This document shows, one piece after another, positions 1 to 10,641 of a DNA stretch of 64,000 nt; position 1 is the first letter of the stretch; every line of letters begins with the position of its first letter. Position numbers and translations under genes: made by a program. The notes under the pieces are model-generated. The model saw only the letters and a program-made list of their open reading frames with translations, was not told the DNA's origin and did no database searches. Source of the stretch: a virus; IMG/VR virus record IMGVR_UViG_3300035670_013167, positions 32,001 to 96,000 of that record; one strand, 5' to 3'.

Positions 1-21
1 CTATAAAATTTAAGGATTAAA

Positions 22-492
22 ATGAATAAAATAATCATTGTAATGTTAACATTAATATTAAGTGGATGTAATGTTAGTCCACTAAGCCCTAGCAACAGAC
101 CTAAAATAAACAATCAAAATGGAACAATAGAAGACATAAAAAATAATCAAAACGGACTAATGGCTGATCTAGCAAATATCAGAAGCAGGCTAGAAATAAT
201 GGCAAGAGACGTAGAAAATCTCCAAAACGGATTTATTAATTCAAATAATAGAAATTATGGAGTGCAAATTTTCCAAGGAGAAGGAGGACTGATTGCGGGA
301 GTCTTATTGATTTCTTTCCTAGGATTTTTAGTTTTTAACTACAGATCAAAAGCAATAAAATACGAAAAAGTAGCAAATATTATGGGCAAAGAAATAAAAT
401 CACTAAAAAACAAAAATATAGAGAATGAAATTTTTATAACAGCTTTGGGCGCAAAAGTTGAGGAAGATGTTTATAAAATATTAAAAAATTAA
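22..492 (+). CDS. Lipoprotein with coiled coil and second TM helix (candidate unimolecular spanin)
   Basis: Signal peptide with lipobox LSGC, heptad-like segment, hydrophobic helix GLIAGVLLISFLGFLVF. Confidence 0.55.
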   Translation: MNKIIIVMLTLILSGCNVSPLSPSNRPKINNQNGTIEDIKNNQNGLMADLANIRSRLEIMARDVENLQNGFINSNNRNYGVQIFQGEGGLIAGVLLISFLGFLVFNYRSKAIKYEKVANIMGKEIKSLKNKNIENEIFITALGAKVEEDVYKILKN

Positions 493-764
493 ACATCATA
501 TCCTTGTTTTATATTTCTCAATAACAAAAAGCCTTCACAATTGTTTCCAATCGGCTTATCTATAAGTTTAGGATTGATTTTTTTCATTTTACAATTTGCT
601 ATAAAGTTTTCAGTAGCTTCATCTATTTTATTTTTTTCTATTGGCCTTAATTTCAAGCAATGAAATTTAGAAGAATCAAATTCATCATTGTGCAAATAGC
701 GACAAGTTTTACTTCCGCAATTTAATAAACAAACATTCTTAACATGATTTTTCGATAAAGTCAT
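489..764 (-). CDS. Cys-containing hypothetical protein
   Basis: ORF overlapping the def stop; six Cys. Confidence 0.6.
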   Translation of the reverse strand: MTLSKNHVKNVCLLNCGSKTCRYLHNDEFDSSKFHCLKLRPIEKNKIDEATENFIANCKMKKINPKLIDKPIGNNCEGFLLLRNIKQGYDV

Positions 765-1273
765 TTTGATATCTTTTCTTGAATTTGAATTTCTTGACCT
801 ATATTACTTATCAATATATTATTATGATGATCTATTTCATGCTGAAATATGCAACACTCTAAATCTTGCTTAAAAACTTTTTCAAAATCTAAAACTTCTA
901 ATTTATCTTTATCACTTAATATTTTACCAACAACTTTTATTTCCTTGAATCTCATAACTTTAAAATGTCTAATTTTTCCACTATGAGATTTTATAGACAA
1001 GCATCCCTCTATAGACAAGTGCTTGTCTTCATTTACAGGAAAGTATTCACAATCAATCATATAATTAAATTTATTATTTTTTTGATCTTGATATACAAAA
1101 AATTTCCAAGGAATTCCAACTTGGACAGCGGATAACCCAACCCCGTTATTTTTTAAACAAACGTTTTCCATTTTTTGACCAATTGAATACAATTCACTTA
1201 ATTTATCACAAGGAGTATTTTCTACAATACTAGGAATTTGTTCAATTGGAACTATTTCTATTTGCTTGTTCAT
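761..1273 (-). CDS. def: Peptide deformylase
   Basis: Motifs GVGLSAVQVG, EGCLS, QHEIDH; likely start MNKQ coupled to the upstream stop. Confidence 0.92.
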   Translation of the reverse strand: MNKQIEIVPIEQIPSIVENTPCDKLSELYSIGQKMENVCLKNNGVGLSAVQVGIPWKFFVYQDQKNNKFNYMIDCEYFPVNEDKHLSIEGCLSIKSHSGKIRHFKVMRFKEIKVVGKILSDKDKLEVLDFEKVFKQDLECCIFQHEIDHHNNILISNIGQEIQIQEKISK

Positions 1274-1539
1274 TCGCACAAAGCCTTAACAACAGCATCT
1301 GTTCTAACCTTAAGCCAAGCTTCAAGTTCTTGAGGATTGTTTTTCAAGTTAGATGGAATTTTTAATATGATAGGAATTTCATCATTATCATTGACTAAAA
1401 GATCAAGATATTTACTTATTAAATCTCTTATCATTTGAGAAACATTTTTATGGCCAAGTTTTTTTGATGAAGTTTTAACCAAATCATACATTTCAGAATC
1501 TAACGAGAGACTCATTATTTTTAATTTATTATCAGACAT
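1270..1539 (-). CDS. Ribbon-helix-helix-like DNA-binding protein
   Basis: IMSLSLD...NVSQMIRDLI pattern; SD GAGG upstream. Confidence 0.55.
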   Translation of the reverse strand: MSDNKLKIMSLSLDSEMYDLVKTSSKKLGHKNVSQMIRDLISKYLDLLVNDNDEIPIILKIPSNLKNNPQELEAWLKVRTDAVVKALCE

Positions 1540-1551
1540 AATTTTTACCTC

Positions 1552-1797
1552 TTAATTTGAAAACCTACCTCTGATTTTTTCTTTTTGAATCTCTGCTTCG
1601 GATTCTTTTGCTTTTCTTTTTCTTTTTTCACTTGGACTTTCGTAATACTGTCTTTGTTTGTACTCAGATAAAATTCCCGCCTCATTTACCTGTCTTTTGA
1701 AAGCTGCGAGCATGTTTTTGAATGCTCTTTCTCTTTCTTCTCTTGATGGATTAGGAGGCAAATCTTTCATTTCTACTCTAACAATACCTTTTTTCAT
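1552..1797 (-). CDS. rpsU: 30S ribosomal protein bS21-like
   Basis: FKRQVNEAGILSEYKQRQYYESPSEKRKRK matches the bS21 signature. Confidence 0.88.
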   Translation of the reverse strand: MKKGIVRVEMKDLPPNPSREERERAFKNMLAAFKRQVNEAGILSEYKQRQYYESPSEKRKRKAKESEAEIQKEKIRGRFSN

Positions 1798-1804
1798 ATA
1801 AAAC

Positions 1805-2947
1805 CTACATTTCCTCTCTATTAATTTTTATAAATCTAGAACCAAATTTTTTAATTTTATTTTTTCTAACATAATCATAAGGAACAATCTTATTAGAAGC
1901 GGCCGTAGAAGGCCATAAATCCCTATTTAATAAAGGAATTATTTTCCCCAACTTAGAAACAACAGCGTCTAATAAATTGTTTTTCCAACTATTTTTATCT
2001 TCTCCACTTATTATAGTAGGAAAACTAAAAATATAATCTTTTGGTAAATCTTTCGCACACAAATCATCAATTTCGTATTCTTTTAATGCATTAAAACGAT
2101 TTCTTTCGTCAAACATTAAAAATGGAGTTCTTGAACATATTGCTAGTCGAGAAATTCCCGTAAAAAAGTCTAAAACAAATCCAGTGGCCCGCATGGCAGA
2201 CATAATCTTGGAAAGATCTTTATCCCACAAATGCAAACAATTTTCATGCGTGTCTGCTGATATGTCGTGACAGAATAAGTCTCTATATATTACAGGGTAA
2301 TGTCCTTCACTTATGAGTCTTTTTACAAGTGTAATCCAAAATTCTCTATCGCTTCTTACTTTTTCGCATCGACCCATTTTCCATATATTTATTTCTATTG
2401 AAGGATATATGAAAACTTTCAAATCTTTAGCAGCAATATGTCTTGCAAAATCAATTCCTAAAGAAGAGCTAGAATTAATTGTAGGCAAACTAACTTTTAC
2501 ATGTTTGAACTTATCAAAAAATTCTTTTGTTATTCCTTTATCATAATATTCAATTAAATCTTTATCGGTCATTATTTCATAAAAATATTCATTAAGAGAT
2601 CTAATCAACAAGGTATAGTAAGAAGAATTATTAGAAAAATTATTAATTTGAAAACGAAGTTTCTCTAAAGCAACATCCTCTTCTATAGTCCAATATTCGT
2701 CAACATAAGGATACAGAGACTCATGTCCGGGCCAAGACAATAATATAAAATATTTTGATGCCTTGGCTTCTTCTTTTATTCTTCGCAACAACAAAGAAGA
2801 AAGAATAAAAGAAGATCTCATGTCCCCAAAAAAAGGAAAAATAACAACATTTTCTATAGAAGTAGGGACTTTATTATTATTAAAAACAATTCTCTTAAGG
2901 CCTAATTTGTCGCAAGATTTTTTTAAAATTTCATTAACATTAAACAC
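1805..2947 (-). CDS. Putative glycosyltransferase (GT9-like fold)
   Basis: GDMRSSF near N-terminus, YVDEYW, DLSKIMSAM...FTGISRLA; resembles the upstream gene. Confidence 0.45.
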   Translation of the reverse strand: MFNVNEILKKSCDKLGLKRIVFNNNKVPTSIENVVIFPFFGDMRSSFILSSLLLRRIKEEAKASKYFILLSWPGHESLYPYVDEYWTIEEDVALEKLRFQINNFSNNSSYYTLLIRSLNEYFYEIMTDKDLIEYYDKGITKEFFDKFKHVKVSLPTINSSSSLGIDFARHIAAKDLKVFIYPSIEINIWKMGRCEKVRSDREFWITLVKRLISEGHYPVIYRDLFCHDISADTHENCLHLWDKDLSKIMSAMRATGFVLDFFTGISRLAICSRTPFLMFDERNRFNALKEYEIDDLCAKDLPKDYIFSFPTIISGEDKNSWKNNLLDAVVSKLGKIIPLLNRDLWPSTAASNKIVPYDYVRKNKIKKFGSRFIKINREEM

Positions 2948-4140
2948 TATAAAGCCCCTATTCTTTTATCATTATTTTTTTTTGTTTGTAAAACTAAATC
3001 TTTATTTTCAACCATGCCAATCATATCAGAAAAATTATTCATTTTAATTTCTTCAATACATCTTCTAACAACATTTATTCCTTCATCATTATTATCATAA
3101 ATATTTAAAAAATGATTAACAGATAATTTTCTTTTTCCTAAATCGCAAAGATTTCTTCTAATTCCTTCCTGTCCGCGTTTGCCCCAAATCTGGTCTGGGC
3201 TTTCAAATAATATATAAGGAACACCCATCATGCCAGACAATCTAGTTGAGGCCGTCCAAAATTGAATCGTAAATTCGCAGCTTTTTATTATAGAAAAAGT
3301 AATCTCTAAATCCTTAGAATCTTCCATTCTAGAAAAATCAACCACATCATCTACTGGGCACTTTTGAGTACTAACTTTTTCTCCTAACCAAATTACATCA
3401 TAATTAAGATCTCTAAGCAATTTAATTAATTTAATATAGAATTCAGGTTGCAAATTTCTTCCATAACATTTTCTTCCTCTCGCAAAAACTCCAACTGTCG
3501 GTTTTTTTATAAATTTTTGCACCTTAATTAATTTTTCTTCACTAGGAATCGGAATACTAATTGCTCTTTTTTTCCAATAACTAATTTCGCTTCCTATTAT
3601 TGGCGGAATTGTATTTTTACTTTTACATTTTGGACAGAAATCATGAGGAAATAAATCTCCGCTCTGACGAACTGTGTTCCAAAAATTATCGCAATCTTTA
3701 CAACGTGCCGATATAGAAAAATTGCCTAAATCAGAAGACTTAATAACATGACCAAATTGACCCATCTTTTTTTCTATAATAGATAAATTATCAGAATCAT
3801 GATGAAAAGCTCTAGCAAATTCTCTTAGACTCATAAATTCTTCATTGATTTCCCAAAACTCATCAACAAGATGCTGATATAAATATTTTCTTCCATGCCA
3901 ACCGATAACAATTTTATATTTATTAGGATTTCTAATTATTATCTGTGGAACTGTATACATTACTCCTACAGTCTCACAACCAAATTCAGAAAAACAACAA
4001 AATATTATCGTCTTGTTTTTATCATTTGGATTTGGCCTATTGCTTAATTTGTGAATTTTAAATTTAATATTTTCTATTTTTTCTTCAATAATATTATCAT
4101 GAGAATATGGATTTCTTCTATATGTTTTAAATAATTTCAT
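2947..4140 (-). CDS. Putative glycosyltransferase (GT9/heptosyltransferase-like) with inserted Zn ribbon
   Basis: EFGCE, LVDEFW, RNLQPEFY...VIWLG, DLEITFSIIKSC; CxxC...CPxC insert. Confidence 0.5.
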   Translation of the reverse strand: MKLFKTYRRNPYSHDNIIEEKIENIKFKIHKLSNRPNPNDKNKTIIFCCFSEFGCETVGVMYTVPQIIIRNPNKYKIVIGWHGRKYLYQHLVDEFWEINEEFMSLREFARAFHHDSDNLSIIEKKMGQFGHVIKSSDLGNFSISARCKDCDNFWNTVRQSGDLFPHDFCPKCKSKNTIPPIIGSEISYWKKRAISIPIPSEEKLIKVQKFIKKPTVGVFARGRKCYGRNLQPEFYIKLIKLLRDLNYDVIWLGEKVSTQKCPVDDVVDFSRMEDSKDLEITFSIIKSCEFTIQFWTASTRLSGMMGVPYILFESPDQIWGKRGQEGIRRNLCDLGKRKLSVNHFLNIYDNNDEGINVVRRCIEEIKMNNFSDMIGMVENKDLVLQTKKNNDKRIGAL

Positions 4141-4151
4141 GTAATCACGAA

Positions 4152-4334
4152 CTAAGATAACCTAAACATTTTAGCAGATTGTCCACATTTTTGACACTTA
4201 AATCTTCTAGGCTTTCCGCAAGAAGAACAAGATCTAACTATTTCTACAAGATTTAAGTTAGAAATATCTTTTTTAGAACCGTTTGTTTTTATATTCCAAT
4301 TGCAGTTTGAACACTTAATTAAAAATTCAGCCAT
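4152..4334 (-). CDS. Small zinc-ribbon protein
   Basis: Three CxxC pairs. Confidence 0.65.
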   Translation of the reverse strand: MAEFLIKCSNCNWNIKTNGSKKDISNLNLVEIVRSCSSCGKPRRFKCQKCGQSAKMFRLS

Positions 4335-5371
4335 TATTTATTTCTTATTATCTTGAAGACTCTTTTTATTTCTTTTTTTTCAAAAAGTTGCCACGAATAT
4401 TGTTTTATTTCTTCATCATCGTCTTCATCGAGAGAAGCCCCAGCAAGTTCGTACCTGTAGGCTCCTTTGCCTAATTTACCGCCGCCCTTGCCGTATTTGC
4501 CGCCTAATTCTTGGCACAAAGCAGGCACCGATAAAGAAGAGGCTTTGGTTCTAACACATCCTTCGATTCTATTGCCTTCTACAAGAGCAAAAACAACAGC
4601 AGTATTAATATCTTCCCAAGTAACCATCTCATCAGCCATATCTGCGATCATGTCTCTGTGTTTTGCAGGTATACTTCCCATCCCAACAACTCCGACACTC
4701 TCTTCTACAACGGCATTTGAACATGCATTTGCTTTTGAATCTATCCAAAATTTTGGTCTTTCAAAATTAACTATTTGCTTCAATAAAACAGAATCTCTAA
4801 AAGGAAATAATTTGCTCCAAGCGTCAAATTCAAAATCGCTACAATCATCGCTCATTAAATTTTCAGTGTCTGTTGTTATGCCTACCATCATGGCAGTTGC
4901 CACTTTTGTGTCAAATTGATTGTCTTCGTCAAAACAAAGTCCTAACTTATCTATCAGTTCATAAACAGTGGCACAAGCACTACCAGCTTTTAAGTTTATA
5001 AACATGCCTTCAAAATTAGAAGGAGATTCTTTATGATGATCAATTATCAGATCAAAAACAATCTCAGAATCACAAGACACCCCTGCATTATTGGGGACGG
5101 AATCAACTAAAACTCTTAAAGCAATTTCATCATTACACCTGTAAGAATCAACAGGTTGCAATTCAGGGTCTAACAAATTTACCATAGATCTATTTTGAGG
5201 GTGAGATATGGCCCCTGAATAGTACAACTCTGAAGAAACTCCAAATTTGGAAAGAATCCAATTCATACCCATCATAGATCCAATTGCATCAGGATCTGGA
5301 AATGGGTGAGTAAAGATTACCGCTTTATTAAATCTGCTAATTAGAGACTTAAATTTTTCTATATCAATCAT
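4334..5371 (-). CDS. DHH/DHHA1 phosphoesterase (NrnA-like)
   Basis: THPFPDPDAIGS, LVD, DHH, GITTDT, GGG motifs. Confidence 0.9.
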   Translation of the reverse strand: MIDIEKFKSLISRFNKAVIFTHPFPDPDAIGSMMGMNWILSKFGVSSELYYSGAISHPQNRSMVNLLDPELQPVDSYRCNDEIALRVLVDSVPNNAGVSCDSEIVFDLIIDHHKESPSNFEGMFINLKAGSACATVYELIDKLGLCFDEDNQFDTKVATAMMVGITTDTENLMSDDCSDFEFDAWSKLFPFRDSVLLKQIVNFERPKFWIDSKANACSNAVVEESVGVVGMGSIPAKHRDMIADMADEMVTWEDINTAVVFALVEGNRIEGCVRTKASSLSVPALCQELGGKYGKGGGKLGKGAYRYELAGASLDEDDDEEIKQYSWQLFEKKEIKRVFKIIRNK

Positions 5372-5937
5372 TATATATTTTCTAACTGCTTGGGCTGGTC
5401 TTCATTTTTGTATGCTCTGCCCATACTGTCGCTTAACTTATGAATTTTTTCTTTAACAGATTCAATTTTAGATTCAAGTTTTTTTTGATTTTTATCATCA
5501 CCAAAACCCATAGATGTCATCAATTTTGATTCTAAATCATAAAGTTCTTTTTTTAATTCAGTGAGTTCTTCAAGCTCTTCTTCTGAATATGTTGCTCCTA
5601 ACGATTGAGGAGTCATTTTTTGATCGCAACCAATAGAGTCGCGAGAAACGGGGTTGCTTGGAGACGATTTGTGCTCGGATTCATTAATAATTTCACTAAT
5701 TATTTCACTTCCATGATCGTCGGCTGCCGAATTAATTGCTTTCCAATATTCGTTGTCTGTTAAGCTTGGAGAGTCCGAAGGATTGGTATTTGTAAAGCCA
5801 AAAAAACTATTACTTGATGTTTGTGGGTTTACCTCTGGGATTTTTGGGGCATCAAACAGTCCCTTCTTAATTGCGTCTTCCCATTTATTTACGAAATCAT
5901 CAAGTTCGTTTTTTTGTTTTTCCATAAAATCACTCAT
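5371..5937 (-). CDS. Hypothetical acidic coiled-coil protein
   Basis: ORF with SD GGAG; coupled to next gene. Confidence 0.65.
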   Translation of the reverse strand: MSDFMEKQKNELDDFVNKWEDAIKKGLFDAPKIPEVNPQTSSNSFFGFTNTNPSDSPSLTDNEYWKAINSAADDHGSEIISEIINESEHKSSPSNPVSRDSIGCDQKMTPQSLGATYSEEELEELTELKKELYDLESKLMTSMGFGDDKNQKKLESKIESVKEKIHKLSDSMGRAYKNEDQPKQLENI

Positions 5938-5958
5938 AATATCTCCAATTGTTAGTTA

Positions 5959-6588
5959 TTAATTATTTATTATAGTTTTTATTTTTTTAAAAGGTTTAAT
6001 TAATAATTTATCAACCTCATCAGAATTGGGCCTTTTGTGGCTCCATCTATTTCCGCCACCCCAATAAAATTGATTATACCATCCTTTTTTCTTGCCGGTG
6101 TATACAGTAAACCCATCAATAAATCTTCTAACAGCGTATTCTGTATGTCTGGTGTAAACCGAATTAAAGAGAGCCTCTTCAAAATTATTTTCTTTTGGCC
6201 TAAAACTAACTCCGCATCTTAATAAAATTGTAAATAAACTTCTTTTCATGGAACTTTTAGTCCACCAAGGAGAAACATTTATCCAACTTATATTATATCT
6301 CTGAGTTGGACCCATTAGAGTTTTTTCTGTTAGATTCAACTTATCTTCTAATGTAGCAATAAAAGCTGCTATGTTTTTACAACGATGAGCCGTGTGACAA
6401 AAAAGCATTCGCCTTATGCCACTAGATTCATCTTGAAAATATTCTCTACAATACAGCCATTCTTTTGCGACCAAAGTGCCATCAAATTTTGTATAAAGTA
6501 TTTTAGAAAACGACCCTCTGTAAAGCCTTTGGTGTCTAGAGGCATCTGGCATTTCTACAGACTTAATTTTACCTATTCTATAAGTCAT
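5959..6588 (-). CDS. Hypothetical protein
   Basis: 209-aa ORF in operon. Confidence 0.65.
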   Translation of the reverse strand: MTYRIGKIKSVEMPDASRHQRLYRGSFSKILYTKFDGTLVAKEWLYCREYFQDESSGIRRMLFCHTAHRCKNIAAFIATLEDKLNLTEKTLMGPTQRYNISWINVSPWWTKSSMKRSLFTILLRCGVSFRPKENNFEEALFNSVYTRHTEYAVRRFIDGFTVYTGKKKGWYNQFYWGGGNRWSHKRPNSDEVDKLLIKPFKKIKTIINN

Positions 6589-6590
6589 AT

Positions 6591-7121
6591 TTATTCTTCC
6601 TGAATTTTTTGATTTAATTCTTTATTTTCTTCATCAGAAAGCAAATGAGACTTTATCCTTTCTTTTATTTTGATATTTATTTTTTCATTTTCTTCAGGAG
6701 AATATTCTTTTGTTTTTAATTCATCTAAGTTTAGAACAGAAATAGAACACCAGTGAGGATCATCTTTAGGAACATGTCCTGGCTTGGTGTAGAAAAACAT
6801 TTCCAATGTGTACTTATAAGATTTCTTAGCAACCTCATCGGCAGTCATGCCAGCCAAAAGATCTTCCGCCATTAGTCTTGGAACTTTATGAGCGTCTATT
6901 TCTGAAGCAAACAGTAACTTTCTCATTATTTGAACTGTTGCTTCCATCTTGTTTTCCGTATCTGTCAGAAGCGATATTATTTGTCTTTTTTCGCCTCCAT
7001 CAACAAATTCAGCAATCGCAGAATATTTAGCTATAATTTCGCCCTTTTCGGGCTTTGACCTTCTGATATCTTTAAAATATTCACTAAAATTAGATTCATT
7101 TATTTCTACTTCTTCAATCAT
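6591..7121 (-). CDS. Hypothetical protein
   Basis: 176-aa ORF overlapping the dnaE-C stop. Confidence 0.65.
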   Translation of the reverse strand: MIEEVEINESNFSEYFKDIRRSKPEKGEIIAKYSAIAEFVDGGEKRQIISLLTDTENKMEATVQIMRKLLFASEIDAHKVPRLMAEDLLAGMTADEVAKKSYKYTLEMFFYTKPGHVPKDDPHWCSISVLNLDELKTKEYSPEENEKINIKIKERIKSHLLSDEENKELNQKIQEE

Positions 7122-9687
7122 TTTCGCCTCTTTTTGCAGGTGCTTCCATTACTTGTAGTCTGTGGTCTTTTGATTTATCTTGCGGAAGCTTGTATCTTTC
7201 TTGTTTTCTAGGAGACTCAAAGGTATAAGACTTAAACCCTTTTCCGGGTTTTGTGACTCTCATTTGAATTAAATTACCTCTATTTTCTTCACAATTCCAA
7301 TAATTCAATTCTTCTTTGAACCTATTATAATCTTCTTCCCAAAAAGTTACAACTTCAACATTCCAATCCTCATCTTCAACAAGAACATAATAATATTTGT
7401 TGCCATTTTTTGAAATTTTTTCTTCCGGCTTTTTAGTAATCATACACTCAACACCAGCATTGTATATCATTTCGTCTTCTTTGAATCTTGTAAAAGACAA
7501 GTCTCCTTTATAATCAGGACTTTTTTCTAGAGGGTGCTGCCAACTAAAGCCGTAATATTTTTTTTCTATGTCAAATTGATTTGGTATTTCATCTGCTGGG
7601 TGTGTGTTTTTGCATTCCCAATTTTCAAGAGAAATAAAATTTTGCTCTAGCAATTCGGCTTTTTGCTCATAGGAGGTCACAGATTTCCAATACTTTCTTA
7701 ATATTTGATAAAAATCTTCTTTAGTAAATTCTTCTAGCAAATAAGATTGTTCAAAATTATCAAAATTTTCATAAAGATTCATTAAGTTTTCATGAATCAA
7801 TATATCATGATTTTTTAATAGGCCTTTCATTTCCTCTATTAGTAAAGATCTTCTTTTTTCTTGAGCTTTAATTTTAGAAACATTGCTTTTATCCCATTTC
7901 TTAAATTCTTCATAAAACTCAAGAAGAATATGAATTGGCCTTTCTTTAAAAACTTCTAAGTAAATCAAAGGCTCTACAATTCTCTTGTCTGTTCCGAACC
8001 TTTTTAAGAAATCTTCAATTCCAGAAAAAGGTTGTTTACTAACTATTTCTTCTGCGACTTCTTTGCCTATTCCTTTTATGTTTGAAAAACCAATATAAAT
8101 TTCATTATCAACTATTTCAAAATTAGCTTTAGATTTATTTAAGTCGCATCTATTTATTTTTATATTTAATCTTTCCGCTTCTCGTTTATATGACTTGAGC
8201 TTGTCCTCATCAGACTCTAAACTTAAAGTCGAAACAAAAAACTCAAGAGGATAATGAGCCTTAAGATAAAGTAGTCTCGAAGAAAGGTGAGTATAAGCAC
8301 AAGCATGACTTTTATTAAAACCATAGCCAGAGAAAGCTTCAATCTGATTGAATAAAAAGTTCATGTTTCTATTATCATCGGATTCTATAGGCCAGCCAGT
8401 TTTCCTACTGCCGTTCTCTAAAAACATCTGTTTGTATTTTGCAAATTCTGATATTTTCTTTTTACTAATTGCTTTTCTAATTTTTTCACAATGTATTAAG
8501 GGAATATCTCCGACCACATTCAACACTTGCATACATTGTTCTTGATAACAGAGAATTCCATGGGTTTTTTTCAAAACTTCTCTAACACATTCAGGAACCT
8601 GATCCTCCCATTTTTCTCTGCCCTTTTTTCTTTCGATATATCTTTCGTGCATCTGCATCTTTAATGCAGATGGTCTAAATAAAGCAGTATACGCAACCAA
8701 ATCATCAAAAGAATCGACGCCTCCTGACTTGATCAAATTTCTCATTCCTTCACTATCAAATTGAAAAACGCCTCTAGTTTTTGCTTCATTGGCCAAAAAT
8801 AAAGATTTTGGATCATTCAAATAAGAAGTGTCAGACCAATCAGAACAACCTTCTATAGCAGAAATGGACTTTATTTTATGCCTATCTTTAATTAATTTGC
8901 AACAATTAGCGATTCTCAACAAGTCCTTAATTGCAAGAACGTCAAATTTTATGAGACCTACAGGTTGCAAATCTTGATCATGTAAACCTTCTGTCCAGCC
9001 CGATACAGGATTGCCATCAGTATCAATCATTACTGGAACAAAGTCATCTATTTTTACACTAGAAATTACAGTACCGCCCGCGTGTTTGCCTCTGCTCCTG
9101 TTCCTGTCAATCAATCTTCTTGCAGCGTCGGTAACTTCTGGGTATTTTTTAGAATACTCACTTAATTCAGGAGATAACTCTAACGCCTTTTCCCAAGTAA
9201 GAGGATTGCCTTCTTCATCTCGGTCTTGAAGATTTTTTGTAATAGATTGAATTTCATTTCTATCGACCCCATGAACTCTCGCCATATCTAACAAAGCAGA
9301 CTTCATGCCGAAAGTGCCATAATTTCCTATATTAACAACATTGTCTCTTCCAAAAGCTCTTGGACAATAATCATTTCTCAAGTAATCTTGAATAATGGGC
9401 AAATAATCCACATCAATATCTGGAAACTCTCCTTGGACATATTTTGGTTCTTTGCTAATGTCAAAGTCATCGCATAAATCTAAAAGATAAGCTATAAATA
9501 AATTATTTTCATTATTAGAAAATTTAGCTTTCTTTTCATGTAAATTTATAAAATACTCATGATCTGCTTGGTTGTCCGTTTCTTGCAATTCCTTTTTCAA
9601 TCTGTTTTTGTAAATTTCAGAATTGCAATTCTTAGACTGCATACTCTTGATGCAAATCTTTATTAATTTTTCTCTTAAATCTATCAT
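7114..9687 (-). CDS. dnaE: DNA polymerase III alpha, catalytic part (palm/thumb/fingers/HhH/OB; no PHP)
   Basis: FPDIDVD, GKHAGG, GLIKFDVL, GVFQFDS, YGFNKSHA, KAHYP, IKGIG. Confidence 0.95.
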   Translation of the reverse strand: MIDLREKLIKICIKSMQSKNCNSEIYKNRLKKELQETDNQADHEYFINLHEKKAKFSNNENNLFIAYLLDLCDDFDISKEPKYVQGEFPDIDVDYLPIIQDYLRNDYCPRAFGRDNVVNIGNYGTFGMKSALLDMARVHGVDRNEIQSITKNLQDRDEEGNPLTWEKALELSPELSEYSKKYPEVTDAARRLIDRNRSRGKHAGGTVISSVKIDDFVPVMIDTDGNPVSGWTEGLHDQDLQPVGLIKFDVLAIKDLLRIANCCKLIKDRHKIKSISAIEGCSDWSDTSYLNDPKSLFLANEAKTRGVFQFDSEGMRNLIKSGGVDSFDDLVAYTALFRPSALKMQMHERYIERKKGREKWEDQVPECVREVLKKTHGILCYQEQCMQVLNVVGDIPLIHCEKIRKAISKKKISEFAKYKQMFLENGSRKTGWPIESDDNRNMNFLFNQIEAFSGYGFNKSHACAYTHLSSRLLYLKAHYPLEFFVSTLSLESDEDKLKSYKREAERLNIKINRCDLNKSKANFEIVDNEIYIGFSNIKGIGKEVAEEIVSKQPFSGIEDFLKRFGTDKRIVEPLIYLEVFKERPIHILLEFYEEFKKWDKSNVSKIKAQEKRRSLLIEEMKGLLKNHDILIHENLMNLYENFDNFEQSYLLEEFTKEDFYQILRKYWKSVTSYEQKAELLEQNFISLENWECKNTHPADEIPNQFDIEKKYYGFSWQHPLEKSPDYKGDLSFTRFKEDEMIYNAGVECMITKKPEEKISKNGNKYYYVLVEDEDWNVEVVTFWEEDYNRFKEELNYWNCEENRGNLIQMRVTKPGKGFKSYTFESPRKQERYKLPQDKSKDHRLQVMEAPAKRGEND

Positions 9688-9690
9688 GCA

Positions 9691-10641
9691 CTAAAATCCA
9701 ATTTTATTATGATCATCTTCATCAGATCTAGGCGTATAATCCATCATGCTTCTTAGTGTTTCGATGGACTCTTGATAAGAATTACCAAGTATACAAACAG
9801 CAATAAATAATTCTTTTAAGTGAGCTATTGACATATTTTCAGTATCTTCGACCCATTTTTCAATATTGATTTTGTATTCTTTTTTTGTTTCGTCATCTAT
9901 TAGGTGATTAAAATAATTTCTTCTTGAATTTTTCTTGGGATGACCCATCTTAAATCTTTTATCAAACCTGCTTGGTCTATTCAACAATCTTTGACCAAGA
10001 CGTTCGGGATAATTGCTCGTTGCCAAATAAACAACCTTACTTATCTGATCTACCCCGTCCAATATATTTAAGACCTCAGATTCATTAAAACTATCAATTA
10101 TCGAATCTATATCTTCCATCAAAACAACTATTGGGGTTTCAGGTTGTATTTCTCTAAAAATTCTAACTCCATCAGAAAAAATTCCTGGGCTAACAAATTT
10201 AAAAACAACTCCATGTCTCTTAATCACATCCTCGCAAATTAGCTGAATGGTGCTGCTCTTGCCCGATCCCGGAGGGCCGTATAAAAACAAGCCCCTACGA
10301 TAATTTAAGTTGTACTTTTTGAAAGCTTCTTCTCTTTCCCAGAATTTAGCAATTTCAGCTATGACTGCTTCTGAATTTGTTTCTGGAAATCTTAGAAGGC
10401 CGTCTGTTTTAACATTTATTTTTTGAAAAAATATACCTTTGGCATGACAAACTTGAATGTCATAAATTCCAGGAATGATCTTGCCAACTGTTGCTCCTGC
10501 CGGGTAGAATTTAGACCCATCACTTGTTGTGAATTGTTTATAGCCAGCCAAATCTAATGAAGTTTTATCATAAAATTCGGCTATATAATCATCTACAATA
10601 GAAGAAGAAGAACGAATTTTTAATTTATTTTTAGGTGTCAT
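9691..10641 (-). CDS. AAA+ ATPase
   Basis: GPPGSGKS, MEDIDS, ATSNYPE, NRPSRFD. Confidence 0.9.
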   Translation of the reverse strand: MTPKNKLKIRSSSSIVDDYIAEFYDKTSLDLAGYKQFTTSDGSKFYPAGATVGKIIPGIYDIQVCHAKGIFFQKINVKTDGLLRFPETNSEAVIAEIAKFWEREEAFKKYNLNYRRGLFLYGPPGSGKSSTIQLICEDVIKRHGVVFKFVSPGIFSDGVRIFREIQPETPIVVLMEDIDSIIDSFNESEVLNILDGVDQISKVVYLATSNYPERLGQRLLNRPSRFDKRFKMGHPKKNSRRNYFNHLIDDETKKEYKINIEKWVEDTENMSIAHLKELFIAVCILGNSYQESIETLRSMMDYTPRSDEDDHNKIGF

